Assembly (NCBI GenBank): GCA_027319565.1
Contig: DAHVNA010000001.1
Location: 159,886-223,885, forward strand
From: Elusimicrobiota bacterium
GTDB taxonomy: Bacteria; Elusimicrobiota; Elusimicrobia; UBA1565; UBA9628
Length of the DNA stretch: 64,000 bases
Direction of reading: 5' to 3'
Position 1 is the first letter of the stretch, and every line of letters begins with the position of its first letter. Shown here piece after piece: positions 21,034 to 31,807 of the stretch. The notes under the pieces are model-generated. The model was not told the origin of the DNA. It was given only the letters and a program-made list of their open reading frames with translations, and made no database searches. The position numbers and the translations under genes are program-made.

Positions 21034-22038
21034 GTGTTTGAGTGGAAGAAAAAGCGGGAGTATCCGCGCTATCGGGCTTGTTGTTTTATCATTGCTGGAG
21101 TTTTCTGTTGGAGCGGGTTTGGGTCCGCCCAAAAACTCAGAGCCGCGCCCGCGACATTCATTACGGCGCTACCGGTTTCTCAAGATCAACTCCTAGCTCG
21201 CTTTTCCTTTAACCCCACCTTGAGCTCAAATCCCTCCGCTCCCTCCGGAGGAACGCAACTCAACAATTATCAATTTCCCGAAACCTTTCTCTATGGTTTG
21301 ACCGATAAAATCGCTCTAGCTTTGGACACCCGGCAAGGCTTTAGTTCCATGCAGGAGGGTTTGCCCCAGGGAAGTCAAAGTCTCAGCGCTAGCGGTTTTG
21401 GAGACACTCTTGTCTTTGCCCGCTATACGCTTTTGGATTGGGATTATCCCGGCAGCACGTTTCGCATCGCTCCTTTGGTGGGGGCTTATTTACCGACCGG
21501 GTATTACCGTCAGTCCAATAGCGCCGGGCCCTTGCCCTTGGCTCTTCAAAATGGATCAGGGTCGGTGGATTCTTTTTTAGGGCTGACGGCCGCGTTTTAC
21601 AATCGCAATTACGGATTTAGCTGGGACGCGACTTGGCGGCATAATCTTCCGGCTTCCGGCGGCTTTGACCTGGGCGATGAATATAGAACGGATGGAGAAT
21701 TCGAGTGGAGGCTTTTGCCGCGTTCTCTTCCCAGTTCTTATCTGCCTAACGAGCTTTGGGGGGTTATTGAGACCAACTGTATTTGGAACAATCGCAGCGT
21801 CGTTAGCGGTAGTTTGGACAGCGCCTCTGGCGGGTTTTCCTGGCTCTTCTGGTCCGGCGTTGATTACGCGACCTTGCATTGGGAATTGGGCGCCGAAGTG
21901 GGAGTTCCGGTGATCCAAAATTTAAATGGGCCCGGGGCCATTGATCAGATCGTGTCTTTTCGCCTGTTTTATGAATATTATCTCGCCATGCCTTCTTGGA
22001 GAGAAAAGAAAAAGTCTCGTCCCAGTTTGGGGATATGA
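21034..22038 (+). CDS. Outer-membrane channel (MetA-pathway/phenol-degradation-like beta-barrel)
   Basis: GFGD..V..RY, LPTG, Q.GSGS.D motifs; start uncertain. Confidence 0.65.
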   Translation: MFEWKKKREYPRYRACCFIIAGVFCWSGFGSAQKLRAAPATFITALPVSQDQLLARFSFNPTLSSNPSAPSGGTQLNNYQFPETFLYGLTDKIALALDTRQGFSSMQEGLPQGSQSLSASGFGDTLVFARYTLLDWDYPGSTFRIAPLVGAYLPTGYYRQSNSAGPLPLALQNGSGSVDSFLGLTAAFYNRNYGFSWDATWRHNLPASGGFDLGDEYRTDGEFEWRLLPRSLPSSYLPNELWGVIETNCIWNNRSVVSGSLDSASGGFSWLFWSGVDYATLHWELGAEVGVPVIQNLNGPGAIDQIVSFRLFYEYYLAMPSWREKKKSRPSLGI

Positions 22039-22478
22039 AAAAATATTTGAATGCGCTCATCTGCCTAGTTTTCGCGAGTTTCTGCGCGGCAGAGTCTTCA
22101 GCGCTTTACGCGCAGGCGTCTTCCGCCCTTCAACAAACGAGCGAACAAACCGTTTTGCGCGCGACCATGGGAATCCGGGGAGTTTTCTCTCCGCGAGGGT
22201 TTTTTAATATAGAGGTGCGCCTAGATCAGCTTCAAGGCCTTAATCGCTATAAATTCGATCTCCGCGATTCTCTGGCGATTCTCGATTTTAAGCCCGGAGT
22301 GGTCGTCAGTTCCTCCACTCTCCAAGAAGTGATGATCAAGGCGGGATATCGCCCGGGGCCGGTTCAGATGGAGAAATTGCCTTTGAGCCGGGTTAAAGAC
22401 AAAGGCCGCGGTTGGATGAGTCCGCCCAAAGCGGATTCGCGTTGGGCCTTTATCCGTTGGCTTGAGCTTAATTTTTAG
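22035..22478 (+). CDS. Exported HMA-like domain protein lacking the CxxC motif
   Basis: Signal peptide; HMA-like pattern ending AGYRP, with SPRG at the CxxC position. Confidence 0.55.
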   Translation: MKKYLNALICLVFASFCAAESSALYAQASSALQQTSEQTVLRATMGIRGVFSPRGFFNIEVRLDQLQGLNRYKFDLRDSLAILDFKPGVVVSSSTLQEVMIKAGYRPGPVQMEKLPLSRVKDKGRGWMSPPKADSRWAFIRWLELNF

Positions 22479-22542
22479 CGCTCGGCCCTTTTTAGCCCCA
22501 AGGGTTTTAACAAAACAAAATTTAAATGGTATTCTGTTTAAA

Positions 22543-23598
22543 ATGTCTTTTGAACATTTCCTAATCCGGTGGAAAAAATGGGGGCCTATCCGCTGGGGCT
22601 TTTTTTTCTTTCCCGCGCTATTTTTTTCATCCATCTCCTGGGCTTTAAGCGGGCCTCCCGTAACCTGGAAAAGTCCGCCTCTTGATTTTGCCGCCGTTGA
22701 TTTTGTTGCCGGTAATTTTATCGGCGGAGAGTCTTTTCAGCTGGCGCTGGCTTCTACTCGAAAAATATTTCTTTATTCCTACCCTGTTGTTTCATCCTCT
22801 CCGGTCGCGGTCTATGTCATGCCGGAAAGTCAATCCCGAATTTTATCTTTAGAGGCCTCGCCTTTGGGCCCGGGGTCTAAAGCGAAACTTTTCGTCACCT
22901 ATTACGATGGAGCCTTGGGGCAGGTCGGAACCCGGGTATTTGAATTTTCATTGTCTCAAAAGATTTGGAAGCCTCTGGCCCAAATTCCATATATCGTCCG
23001 CGGAATCGGCGGCGCCGGTCCCGGTGCGCTTTTTTGCCAACAGCTTTTGGACAACGGCTCATTTCCTCTCTCTGCGATCTATCCGCTGACTTATAAAGAA
23101 GGTTATTCTTCAGCTGATAAAAGTTATGGCCGGGCTTTATCGCGCTGGCTTTATTCCCAAACCGTGGTTCATATAAAAGGCCAAGATTTTTTTGCGGCGA
23201 TTGTTTCGGGAAATCGCCTTGAGATTTCTTCTCAAGGGAAAGAATGGACCATTCCGGGCTCATATGGGCAATCTCCCAACCGCCTGAGATGGCCTGTTTC
23301 GAGCTCGCATATATTTGAGTTTTCTCCTCGAATTTTATTTAAAAAAGGGCTTTTGTTCGTGGTCAAAAACGAGTCCCGCTGGGGATTTCTCGCCGAGTCA
23401 TTTGGGCTTTTTGATCGCGGGAAGATTTCTTCTCTTAAGTGGCGAGACGAAGATTTTGAGAGAAATTGGACTGAGGGTCTTCCGGGAGTCGTTTCCGATA
23501 TTGATTGGGTCTATCCTTCGGGTTCAAAGTCGCCGCAACTCATCGCCTTGTGGACAGGCTCTTCCAGAAAAACGCATCTATGGGCATTCAATCTTTAA
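22543..23598 (+). CDS. Hypothetical beta-rich (VCBS/FG-GAP-like) exported protein
   Basis: Signal-like segment, beta-propeller-like repeats; start inferred from extended -10. Confidence 0.55.
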   Translation: MSFEHFLIRWKKWGPIRWGFFFFPALFFSSISWALSGPPVTWKSPPLDFAAVDFVAGNFIGGESFQLALASTRKIFLYSYPVVSSSPVAVYVMPESQSRILSLEASPLGPGSKAKLFVTYYDGALGQVGTRVFEFSLSQKIWKPLAQIPYIVRGIGGAGPGALFCQQLLDNGSFPLSAIYPLTYKEGYSSADKSYGRALSRWLYSQTVVHIKGQDFFAAIVSGNRLEISSQGKEWTIPGSYGQSPNRLRWPVSSSHIFEFSPRILFKKGLLFVVKNESRWGFLAESFGLFDRGKISSLKWRDEDFERNWTEGLPGVVSDIDWVYPSGSKSPQLIALWTGSSRKTHLWAFNL

Positions 23599-24533
23599 TT
23601 TTGCTGAGCGCTTGCGCCTTAAGCCTTCAAGCGGCAGTTCCGCCGCTTCCGCCGCCAAGTTTTGGAGAGGCCGCCTTTGGCGTTTTGGTTTTGGAAGAGG
23701 GAAACGCTCCGCAATGGACCGAGACCACGCGGCAGATTAAAACCGCCTTTATGGCGCGCTTTCCGGTCGCCTTCGCTTTCGGTTTGGCGGACCCAGACGA
23801 TATGCAGCATGGAATCGACCAATTAGAAGCCCGCAGGGTCAAAAAAATCGTCGTCGTTCCTCTCTTTTATTCTTCGCAAGCCAGCGTCATCAAACAAGTT
23901 CGGTATTTACTAGGAATCGGAAAAAATCCGTCCCAGAGCCTTTTTAAAACCTATCAGGATTTGGCGGGGCCGCCACAGAAACGTTTGGAAATTCATGTTC
24001 CCGTCGTTTTAACCCCGACTTTAGACTCATCTTCCGTGCTTGAAAAAATCCTCTTGAGCCGAATACTTTCCCTGCGCCTGAGCCGAAAAGGACAGAATCT
24101 GGTCGTTATCTCCGAAGAACCCGATTCTTCCCGGGCCGCGAAAAATTGGAAAGAAGTCCTGAGCCGCTTGGCCGTTCAAATTGGGCGGCGGGCGGGATTT
24201 AAATCGGCCCAGGTATTTTTACTCAGCGAGGGGGATAGCCAGGATAAAACGGCGCTTTCCGAAAAAATGTTCAGAGAAAGCATTGAGAAACTGCGCCTTA
24301 GCGGACCGGTTTTTATTCTCTCTACGGAATTGGCTGCGGATTTGTTGACGCAGAGGCTTTCCAGGATTCTTTCCGGGCTTTTAGTTGGCTATAATGGGAA
24401 GACGCTTTTGCCGAATCCGTTGATTGCGCCGTGGGTTTTGAAAATGGCGCAGGAAGGCGCTCAGATGGGCGATATGCGCAAATATAAAGAAAAGGGAAAT
24501 ACAGGCTTTATGAATTTCCCGAAGATCCGATGA
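23580..24533 (+). CDS. Exported CbiX/SirB-like protein with degenerate His sites
   Basis: VAFAFGLAD, L...VKKIVVVPLF CbiX-like motif; LEEG and ISEE in place of AHG. Confidence 0.65.
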   Translation: MGIQSLILLSACALSLQAAVPPLPPPSFGEAAFGVLVLEEGNAPQWTETTRQIKTAFMARFPVAFAFGLADPDDMQHGIDQLEARRVKKIVVVPLFYSSQASVIKQVRYLLGIGKNPSQSLFKTYQDLAGPPQKRLEIHVPVVLTPTLDSSSVLEKILLSRILSLRLSRKGQNLVVISEEPDSSRAAKNWKEVLSRLAVQIGRRAGFKSAQVFLLSEGDSQDKTALSEKMFRESIEKLRLSGPVFILSTELAADLLTQRLSRILSGLLVGYNGKTLLPNPLIAPWVLKMAQEGAQMGDMRKYKEKGNTGFMNFPKIR

Positions 24534-24546
24534 GGAGGGCGTTTTA

Positions 24547-25278
24547 ATGGGTATTGATGAGGGGATGCCGGTCTTGGATCGCGGTTTTGTCCGATTGGTT
24601 GATTTCATGGGCGGAGATCTGGCGGTGGTTCAGTCCGCGCGGGTCTCTTATGCCGCGGAATCTAAAGGCGAAGAGGCGGATCGAAAACTGATCAACTATC
24701 TTTTAAAGAACGATCATATGACGCCCTTTGAACAATCGGTTTTTAAATTTCACGTCTCCTGCCCGATTTTTGTCATGAGGCAATGGATTCGCCACCGGAT
24801 GGCTTCTTATAATGAGATCTCCGGCCGATACACGGAGGTGAAAGACGAGTTTTATATTCCCACGGTTTGGCGCGGGCAAGACATGAAAAATAAGCAAGGC
24901 TCGGTTTCCGCCAATGTTCCGAATGAGGAGTTAACCCGATTGCTGGATTCCCAGGTTCGGGCCTGTTATGAAACTTATCAGAAACTCTTGAAATTAGGTG
25001 CGGCCCGGGAGATGGCAAGAATGATTCTCCCGCTCAATGGCTACACGCAGTTTTATTGGACCATCAACGCTCGCAGTTTGATGAATTTTGTCTCTCTGAG
25101 GGCGGACGCGCACGCCCAGTGGGAAATTCAAAAATACGCGGAAGCTCTCGCCTCTTTTTTCGAGGCAAAAATGCCGTGGACTTTTTCCGCCTTCTTGGGG
25201 CATGTTTGGAAAGGCGCTAACCCCATTTTAGATGAGCGCAAGCGGCAGTTAAGTCCGGAGTTGACCTTGAAGGCATGA
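24547..25278 (+). CDS. thyX: FAD-dependent thymidylate synthase
   Basis: H.TPFE, RQWIRHR.ASYNE.S.RY, N.RSL.NF..LR, AQWEI. Confidence 0.97.
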   Translation: MGIDEGMPVLDRGFVRLVDFMGGDLAVVQSARVSYAAESKGEEADRKLINYLLKNDHMTPFEQSVFKFHVSCPIFVMRQWIRHRMASYNEISGRYTEVKDEFYIPTVWRGQDMKNKQGSVSANVPNEELTRLLDSQVRACYETYQKLLKLGAAREMARMILPLNGYTQFYWTINARSLMNFVSLRADAHAQWEIQKYAEALASFFEAKMPWTFSAFLGHVWKGANPILDERKRQLSPELTLKA

Positions 25279-26309
25279 ATTTTTTGTTGGCCCCTTGTCT
25301 GGCCTTTTTTTCCTCTTCGCTTTTTGCCCAAAGCGTCGCCGTTGCTCGGTTGTCGGATATTACCATCCCGGCTCAAGGCTTGATTGTCTTTAAACAACAA
25401 GAAAAATTGAAGGCTTCTTTCGATGGCCGAGTTGAAACGGTGAACGCCCAAGAACAGACATGGGTCAAGGCTGGCCAGCCTTTGGCGTATCTAGCGGATA
25501 TCAAAACGGCGGCTTTGTTGGATTATAGAGGAATGACTCCCAAACAAGCGGTGTTGGACCGCTGGAAATCGGTCTATTCTCTTATGAAGGTGGATTGTCC
25601 TCAAGATTGCCTTATTATTCGCCGCTTTGTTTCAGAGGGGCAGCGTATTAAAACCGGAGATCCCTTATTTCAGGTGTCTTATCGATTGGCCTTGGTAGGT
25701 AAAATCCCTCCAGAATATGCGCGTTATGTGAAAGATGGACAGGATTTGCTTTTCTGGCCCGCTTCCAATTCGCTCAAAAAAAAGAAAACCTTGATTCAAA
25801 ATTATTCTCTCAATCAAACGGTGTCGCCGCCAACGGGCGTTTTTACCAGTTTCATTCCTGTTCGGCATTATCCCCAGGAGCTTCAATGGGCGGGACGCAT
25901 TACTTTGGCTCACGACGTATTGGCGGTTCCAACTTCCTCGTTGATTGCCTATCAAGGGAAAGTTTTTCTGCCGATGGAGGTCGTTAGCGGGATTACGACG
26001 AAGGAATTGACGGAAATAAAAGCCTCGGAGGCGGTCACGGATCATAGTCCGATTTTAATCCTAAAAGATGTTGAGCTCAATAAAGCCTTTCGATACGATC
26101 CCAAACATGCCTTGTCTTTAATGCCGGCCATTTCAACGGCGCCGGCCGTTTCCCAATCTCCCACCTCTCGGGCCGCATCCGCGCCTCAGGCCGCAAGCCC
26201 GAAGAAACCCCAAGGCCCTTCTTTTTGGGAAAGGTTAAAAGCGGTGAAGCCTTTGCCGTCCCGCAATCAACAGAGGCAATCCGATTCGGATGAAGATTAT
26301 GGCAATTGA
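25275..26309 (+). CDS. Periplasmic adaptor (RND MFP/HlyD-like) protein
   Basis: Biotinyl-lipoyl half motifs (DGRVETV..GQPLA; V.EGQ.IKTGDPLF), LAVPTSSL. Confidence 0.65.
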   Translation: MNFLLAPCLAFFSSSLFAQSVAVARLSDITIPAQGLIVFKQQEKLKASFDGRVETVNAQEQTWVKAGQPLAYLADIKTAALLDYRGMTPKQAVLDRWKSVYSLMKVDCPQDCLIIRRFVSEGQRIKTGDPLFQVSYRLALVGKIPPEYARYVKDGQDLLFWPASNSLKKKKTLIQNYSLNQTVSPPTGVFTSFIPVRHYPQELQWAGRITLAHDVLAVPTSSLIAYQGKVFLPMEVVSGITTKELTEIKASEAVTDHSPILILKDVELNKAFRYDPKHALSLMPAISTAPAVSQSPTSRAASAPQAASPKKPQGPSFWERLKAVKPLPSRNQQRQSDSDEDYGN

Positions 26310-27531
26310 ACCAACCAAGCGCGTTCTAGCTCTCATTTTGGCCGGAGGCCGCGGGGAAAGGCTTTATCCATTGACGGTCAGCCGTCCGAAGCCCTCGGTT
26401 CCCTTTGGGGCGAAACATCGAATTGTCGATTTCGTGCTGTCTAACTGCATCAATTCCGGAGTGCAGTCTATTTATGTTTTAGTCCAATACATGTCTCAAA
26501 GCTTGATTGAATACCTGCGCTCAAGCTGGCGCACCGTGGGCCTGACTCGCGATCAATTCATCGCCTTGGTCCCGCCTCAGATGCGTCTGGGACAAAATTG
26601 GTATCAAGGGACCGCCGATGCGGTGCGCCAAAATCTTAATTTAATCTACGATTTCGATCCTGATATCGTCGCGGTGTTTGGTTCAGACCATATTTACCGC
26701 ATGGACATTGGGCAGATGATTCACTTTCATTTAAAAAGAGAAGCCGATATTACGGTGTCGGCTATTCCCGTTCCTATTGAGCGTTCCCAAGGATTTGGAA
26801 TCATAGAAGCCGACGAGGAAGGAAAAATTCTGTCTTTCGTTGAAAAGCCAAAGATCGCAAAGCCGATGCCGACGGATCCGTCCCGGGCCTACGCCTCAAT
26901 GGGCAATTACTTATTTTCAACCGAGGCTTTGCTTTCGGTCCTTTCCGATAAGACCTTGGGGGCGGGAGCGGAATTTGACTTCGGAAAATCCATTCTGCCA
27001 GTCATCCATAAAAAAATGCGCACCTATGCATATGATTTCTCCCTCAATATTCTTCCGGGTCTTAAATCTCATGAGGAAAAGGCTTATTGGCGGGACGTGG
27101 GCACGATTGAAAGCTTCTATCAGTCCCATATGGATATTTTAGGAGAGTTCCCGCGTTTTGATTTAAATAATCACCGCTGGCCGATTCATTCCGAGCGCCA
27201 TGACGGGCCTCCGGCGAGAATTTTAGACGGGCGGCTTCTCAACTCGGTGATTGGAGACGGGGCTCTTATCGAAAAATCAAGCATTGCCAATTCTATTTTA
27301 GGCCGAGGCGTTGAAATTGAAGAGGGCGCCATTATTGAAGATTCCATTATCATGGATTTTTGCCACATCGGCAAAGGTTCTCGGCTTAAACGGGTCATTG
27401 TGGACCGATTTAATACCGTTGCCGCTCAATCGGTGATTGGACATGACCGCGAGAAAGACTCCCAGCTTTATTTTGTCGATTCTTCGGGTCTAGTCGTCAT
27501 TCCCCGAGGCAAAACTCCGGGCCGGGTTTAG
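26290..27531 (+). CDS. glgC: Glucose-1-phosphate adenylyltransferase
   Basis: [44 protein letters not shown]. Confidence 0.96.
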   Translation: MKIMAIEPTKRVLALILAGGRGERLYPLTVSRPKPSVPFGAKHRIVDFVLSNCINSGVQSIYVLVQYMSQSLIEYLRSSWRTVGLTRDQFIALVPPQMRLGQNWYQGTADAVRQNLNLIYDFDPDIVAVFGSDHIYRMDIGQMIHFHLKREADITVSAIPVPIERSQGFGIIEADEEGKILSFVEKPKIAKPMPTDPSRAYASMGNYLFSTEALLSVLSDKTLGAGAEFDFGKSILPVIHKKMRTYAYDFSLNILPGLKSHEEKAYWRDVGTIESFYQSHMDILGEFPRFDLNNHRWPIHSERHDGPPARILDGRLLNSVIGDGALIEKSSIANSILGRGVEIEEGAIIEDSIIMDFCHIGKGSRLKRVIVDRFNTVAAQSVIGHDREKDSQLYFVDSSGLVVIPRGKTPGRV

Positions 27532-27533
27532 AG

Positions 27534-28487
27534 ATGATTAAAAAGAAAATTCAGATTCGATCGGCGGAAGAGGCGGTCGGACTTTTAGGCGAGGCCGATT
27601 CGGCTTTAAGGGAGATGCAGGGTCATTACGGCGTTCAACTTTTTTTGCGGCAAGATTCCGATTCCGAAGAATTGGCGTTGTGGGTTAAAGGCAATGCGAC
27701 TCGGGTAGAGAGAGCGATGAAAAAAATTAGGCAGAAACTAAGCGATTTGCGCGGCGAAACCGAAGGCCCAGATTCTCCTTCTGGGTTTTCCCGCGAACAT
27801 ATTTTGACTGGGGCCGACCAAGAGGCTTACCGGACCTCTTTTGGAAAAATGATTTCTCCCCGGACTCCCAATCAGGGGCGCTATATCGAAGCGATTGAAA
27901 ATCATGATTTGGTTTTTGGAATCGGTCCGGCGGGAACCGGTAAAACCTTTTTAGCCGTTGCCTGCGCGCTCAAAGCCCTCGATATGCGGCAAATTCAGCG
28001 CATTGTCGTTACCCGGCCGGTGGTCGAGGCCGGAGAAAAGCTAGGCTTTTTGCCTGGGGACCTTTTAGAGAAAGTGGATCCCTATCTCAGGCCAATTTAT
28101 GATTCATTTTATTCGCTCTTGGGCCCCGAACGTTTTCGCATGTGGCGGGAGACGGAAGTCCTTGAAATCGTCCCTTTGGCTTATATGCGCGGGCGCACGT
28201 TTGAGAACGCCTTTATTATTTTAGATGAGGCTCAAAATACCACGCCGGAACAAATGAAGATGTTTTTGACTCGCATGGGCCAAGGATCGAAGGCTGTCGT
28301 GACCGGAGATATTACGCAGACCGATTTGACTTCAATTAAAGCCTCGGGGCTCGTCCAGATTCTGGAAATTCTTAAAAATGTAGAGGGAATCGTGTTTCAT
28401 CAGTTTGGACAGGAAGACGTCATTCGCCATCCGCTGATCAAAAATATCCTCAACGCATATGAAAAGTGGGAAAAGCGTCATTGCTAG
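27534..28487 (+). CDS. phoH: PhoH-like ATPase
   Basis: [34 protein letters not shown]. Confidence 0.95.
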   Translation: MIKKKIQIRSAEEAVGLLGEADSALREMQGHYGVQLFLRQDSDSEELALWVKGNATRVERAMKKIRQKLSDLRGETEGPDSPSGFSREHILTGADQEAYRTSFGKMISPRTPNQGRYIEAIENHDLVFGIGPAGTGKTFLAVACALKALDMRQIQRIVVTRPVVEAGEKLGFLPGDLLEKVDPYLRPIYDSFYSLLGPERFRMWRETEVLEIVPLAYMRGRTFENAFIILDEAQNTTPEQMKMFLTRMGQGSKAVVTGDITQTDLTSIKASGLVQILEILKNVEGIVFHQFGQEDVIRHPLIKNILNAYEKWEKRHC

Positions 28488-28548
28488 GCCCCGACTTCCA
28501 TCGGTGATGAATTATAAAAGAATTTGTGAACCACTGCGTTAGAACAGA

Positions 28549-28968
28549 ATGAAAATTTCCGTGTTTAAAACTGGGCTTTTGCCCGCTTCGGCCCGAAAGA
28601 CCGAGAAGTTCCGCTTGGCCGCTCATCTTGCCTTGGGTAAAGCCGGTCAAGAGAAGGGCAGTCTCAATATTATTTTCATGAATTCAAGAGAAATGCGCTC
28701 TCTCAATAAAGAATTTCTCGGCCATGATTATGACACCGACGTCATTTCTTTTCCCTACGATGAAAAGCCCGCTTTTGGAGATATTTTTGTTTCCGTGCCT
28801 CAGGCGCGGCGGCAGGCCAGCGAAGTGGGGCATCCCCTTTTGCGCGAAATTCTCACCTTGATTATTCACGGGGTTTTGCATTTAAGAGGCTATCGCGATG
28901 ACAAACCCGCGCTTAAGAAAAAGATGTTTAAAGAACAGGATCGCCTGCTGGGATTGTTGAACATTTAA
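28549..28968 (+). CDS. ybeY: rRNA maturation RNase YbeY
   Basis: TDVISF, GDIFVS, HGVLHLRGY.D. Confidence 0.93.
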   Translation: MKISVFKTGLLPASARKTEKFRLAAHLALGKAGQEKGSLNIIFMNSREMRSLNKEFLGHDYDTDVISFPYDEKPAFGDIFVSVPQARRQASEVGHPLLREILTLIIHGVLHLRGYRDDKPALKKKMFKEQDRLLGLLNI

Positions 28969-29216
28969 TTTTTTTCTTTCATCTGTCCGGACAGCCGACA
29001 TCAACGCCTCCTTCTGTCTTTTTTCATCATTCTGGCAGTTGGTAAAACCCGCAAAGACCCATTGATGGAGCGGAAAAATGGGGCTACACTCTTTGGGTTG
29101 CGCGTTTTCGCGGAAGGGAGCCTCGCATGAGAAAAATATTGTTTTCAGCCGCCAAAATTCTCCCCGCTAATTCCGGCGAAACAATTAACTCCAAAAATTC
29201 CAACAGGAGGCGATCA

Positions 29217-29543
29217 ATGATTCAGAGATTAATGACGACTCCAATCAATAAAACAGTAAGGACGTAGATACGCCTTGCGGCAATTCTCGTGGCGGGCTTC
29301 CTGATAGCGGGAAATTATCAAGGATTTATCGCTCCCATATCCGATTGGATTGAAATACACATTCCTCACTGGGCCGCAAACGCAGATGTAATCATTGTGT
29401 CTTTATTCCCTATTACTCTTGAGTTGCCAAGGGACTCGGAAGCATCTTACTTGGCCGTCGTGATGTTTTCTCCTTTTATACTCATTTATGAGCCATGTTC
29501 CAGAATAGCGCTGAATTATCTCAATGGGGGAACGTCAGCGTGA
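29217..29543 (+). pseudogene. Possible decayed small membrane protein gene
   Basis: AGGAGG RBS then ATG 29217, in-frame TAG 29265-29267, frame continues with hydrophobic segments to 29543. Confidence 0.3.
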
Positions 29544-29869
29544 AGACATGAGGGAAATATGGATAGTCCTCACAATGTGGGTAAAACATGAGGGGAAAGG
29601 TGATGAAGAATAAGTCTAATTTGAGAGAATAGAAATAAGTTTCTATTCTGTATTTATGCTTCCTCATCTCCGGCGGCGGCGATGATCTGACCCCGCCAAT
29701 CTGGAAAGACGACAGCGGCCAAGAGCCTTTCTTCCCATTATTTTGACCTTGAGCAACCCGAGGACCGCCTCCGGTTGGATATACGCTGGGATGAAATTTC
29801 CCGTCCCGCCTTCGCGGCGATTCAAAAGCTTAGGCAGGAAGATTGTGCCCGCCGCAAAATCTCCGCTTG

Positions 29870-30991
29870 CTACTTTAACAGCGACTTATGCTTGACGATA
29901 ACGGCTTTTTCCCGCAAGGACTTGATATATTTGTCCATCAGCTTGTGGCTTTCGACGTCCATTAAAACTTCCTTAAGATAATTCTTGAATTTATCGAATT
30001 CCGGCTTTTCCGCCGCTTGATGAGATTTGACGCGGACGATATTGTAACCTTCGTCGTTTAAAAGCGGATCGCTGATTTGACCGACGTCTAGAGAAAAAAC
30101 CGCTTTATCTAAAGCGGGCGGCAAGGCGCCCCTAGGAATAAACCCGATGTCCCCGCCATTGGGAGCGCTATTGGGATCTTCCGAATAAGTTTTAGCGATT
30201 TCCGAAAAAGTGGACGTTCCGTCCATCAACATGGCTTTATACTGATTAGCGTCTCTTAAGGCCCGCGTTTTTTCCGCTTTGGGATCGTTGGGGGATACGC
30301 GGACTAGAATTCGGGCCAGTTGAACCCGCTCCGATGTCGAGGATTTTACTCTTTCCACAGCCATCAAAAAATCTTGAGCGGCATATGGGGTCATTCCCGC
30401 CGGGGGTTCGGTGCTGCCGGAGGCGATGTATTGAGTGATCTCATTAAAATAAGCCTGAATTTCCGGGGTCGCTGGCGGTTCAACCTTTGATTTTACCTCC
30501 TGATCCAAAACTTTCTTGGCCATGACTTGTTTTTCAAGGCGTTTGCGGTATTGCTGGTAGGTGAGGCCCATGGCTTTAAGCTGTTTGTCGAAAGCGGCTT
30601 GGGCTTCTAGAGGGCTCAGCGGGTTTCCATTCTCATCGACGTTAAAACGAGATTTTATTTCCGCCAGAGCCTTGTCGATATCATCTTGATGAATTTTAAT
30701 TTTTAAATCCTTGCCGGCCTGATAGAGAAGCTGTTGATCGATTAAATCATCAAGCACCTTGCCTTTTATTTGCTGGATGAAAGCGGGGTCTCTCATTGCC
30801 ATGGGGTTGGACTGCGCCATATCGTTTAAGGTCGCGGCTAGTTCCTTGCGATAGCGCGACAAAAAAATCGGCGCGTTGTTGACGGTCGCGATGACGTCAT
30901 CAACGCGGGCCGCTGTCGCCGATTTGAGAAAAATGAATGCGCAGGTAAAGCCTAAAACGGCGGTCAACAGTCGTCTATTTGAATTGTTCAT
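29870..30991 (-). CDS. surA: SurA-like chaperone / parvulin PPIase
   Basis: VD.VIATVNN.PI SurA_N; FSEIAK.YSED..SA..GGD.G rotamase motif. Confidence 0.85.
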   Translation of the reverse strand: MNNSNRRLLTAVLGFTCAFIFLKSATAARVDDVIATVNNAPIFLSRYRKELAATLNDMAQSNPMAMRDPAFIQQIKGKVLDDLIDQQLLYQAGKDLKIKIHQDDIDKALAEIKSRFNVDENGNPLSPLEAQAAFDKQLKAMGLTYQQYRKRLEKQVMAKKVLDQEVKSKVEPPATPEIQAYFNEITQYIASGSTEPPAGMTPYAAQDFLMAVERVKSSTSERVQLARILVRVSPNDPKAEKTRALRDANQYKAMLMDGTSTFSEIAKTYSEDPNSAPNGGDIGFIPRGALPPALDKAVFSLDVGQISDPLLNDEGYNIVRVKSHQAAEKPEFDKFKNYLKEVLMDVESHKLMDKYIKSLREKAVIVKHKSLLK

Positions 30992-31790
30992 CGAGTATCT
31001 CCACGGGGAACTTTTTTTGAAGCGATTGCAAGTAGTTGTCTAATTTCTGTTTTTCAAGAATTTGGATAAAACGATCTTTATATTTTTCAAAAACCACTTT
31101 ATGCTGAGAGTCTTTGCGGATGACGTGATATCCAAATTTGGTCTTAATCGGCCCGCTGAGTTCTCCTACCCGCATTTGAAAAATGAGATCCTGAAGTTCG
31201 GGAATAATCTCTCCATAGAGGGCGGAAGGCATTTTCCCGCCTTTGACGGCCGAACCGCTGTCGAGAGAATATTTCCGCGCGAGCCGTGCGAAATTAGCGC
31301 CGCGGCGTATTCGCTTAAGAAGGGTTTCCGCGTCTTTTGGAGATGAAACTAATATCTGGCTAAAGACGACTTCATATGGATGTCTTTTCCAATAGGATTT
31401 CGCTTCATCTTCGCTGACCTTGGTGATGCGGGTATCCCTTAAGTTTTTTTCCCAATCTTGAATCAACAGGTATTTTAAGGCTTCGTGGAGGCGCAATTTT
31501 TCTTCTTCTTTGATTTTAGACGCTTCTTTTAGATATTCGGGAGACTCAGGTACTTTAGAGGCTTGCGCGGCGGCCAATTCTAATTTATCGCGGATGAGAA
31601 TGTCCAAAAACTGTTTTCTTCCGTCCGGGGTCATCACGTAATTTTGATACCCCGGGTCCACCTCGTTAAGGGCTTTTTGAAAATCCTCTTGGGTAATCGA
31701 CAGAGGCCCTACCGTCGCGATCACGGCCTGGCGCTTCTGACAAGCGGTTAGAGAAAAAACCGCCAGGCTGATTAAAAAAATCCTTCTCAT
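30975..31790 (-). CDS. PpiC-type peptidyl-prolyl isomerase lipoprotein
   Basis: Lipobox LTAC; FA.LARKYSLD, PIKTKFGYHVI. Confidence 0.88.
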   Translation of the reverse strand: MRRIFLISLAVFSLTACQKRQAVIATVGPLSITQEDFQKALNEVDPGYQNYVMTPDGRKQFLDILIRDKLELAAAQASKVPESPEYLKEASKIKEEEKLRLHEALKYLLIQDWEKNLRDTRITKVSEDEAKSYWKRHPYEVVFSQILVSSPKDAETLLKRIRRGANFARLARKYSLDSGSAVKGGKMPSALYGEIIPELQDLIFQMRVGELSGPIKTKFGYHVIRKDSQHKVVFEKYKDRFIQILEKQKLDNYLQSLQKKFPVEILDEQFK

Positions 31791-31807
31791 AATCAGTATT
31801 TATCCTA

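Noticed and set aside
29265..29267. Programmed TAG readthrough or alternative genetic code
   Set aside because: TAG terminates many clear genes here (ahcY, glgC, phoH, coxB, qor); a single case is better explained by decay
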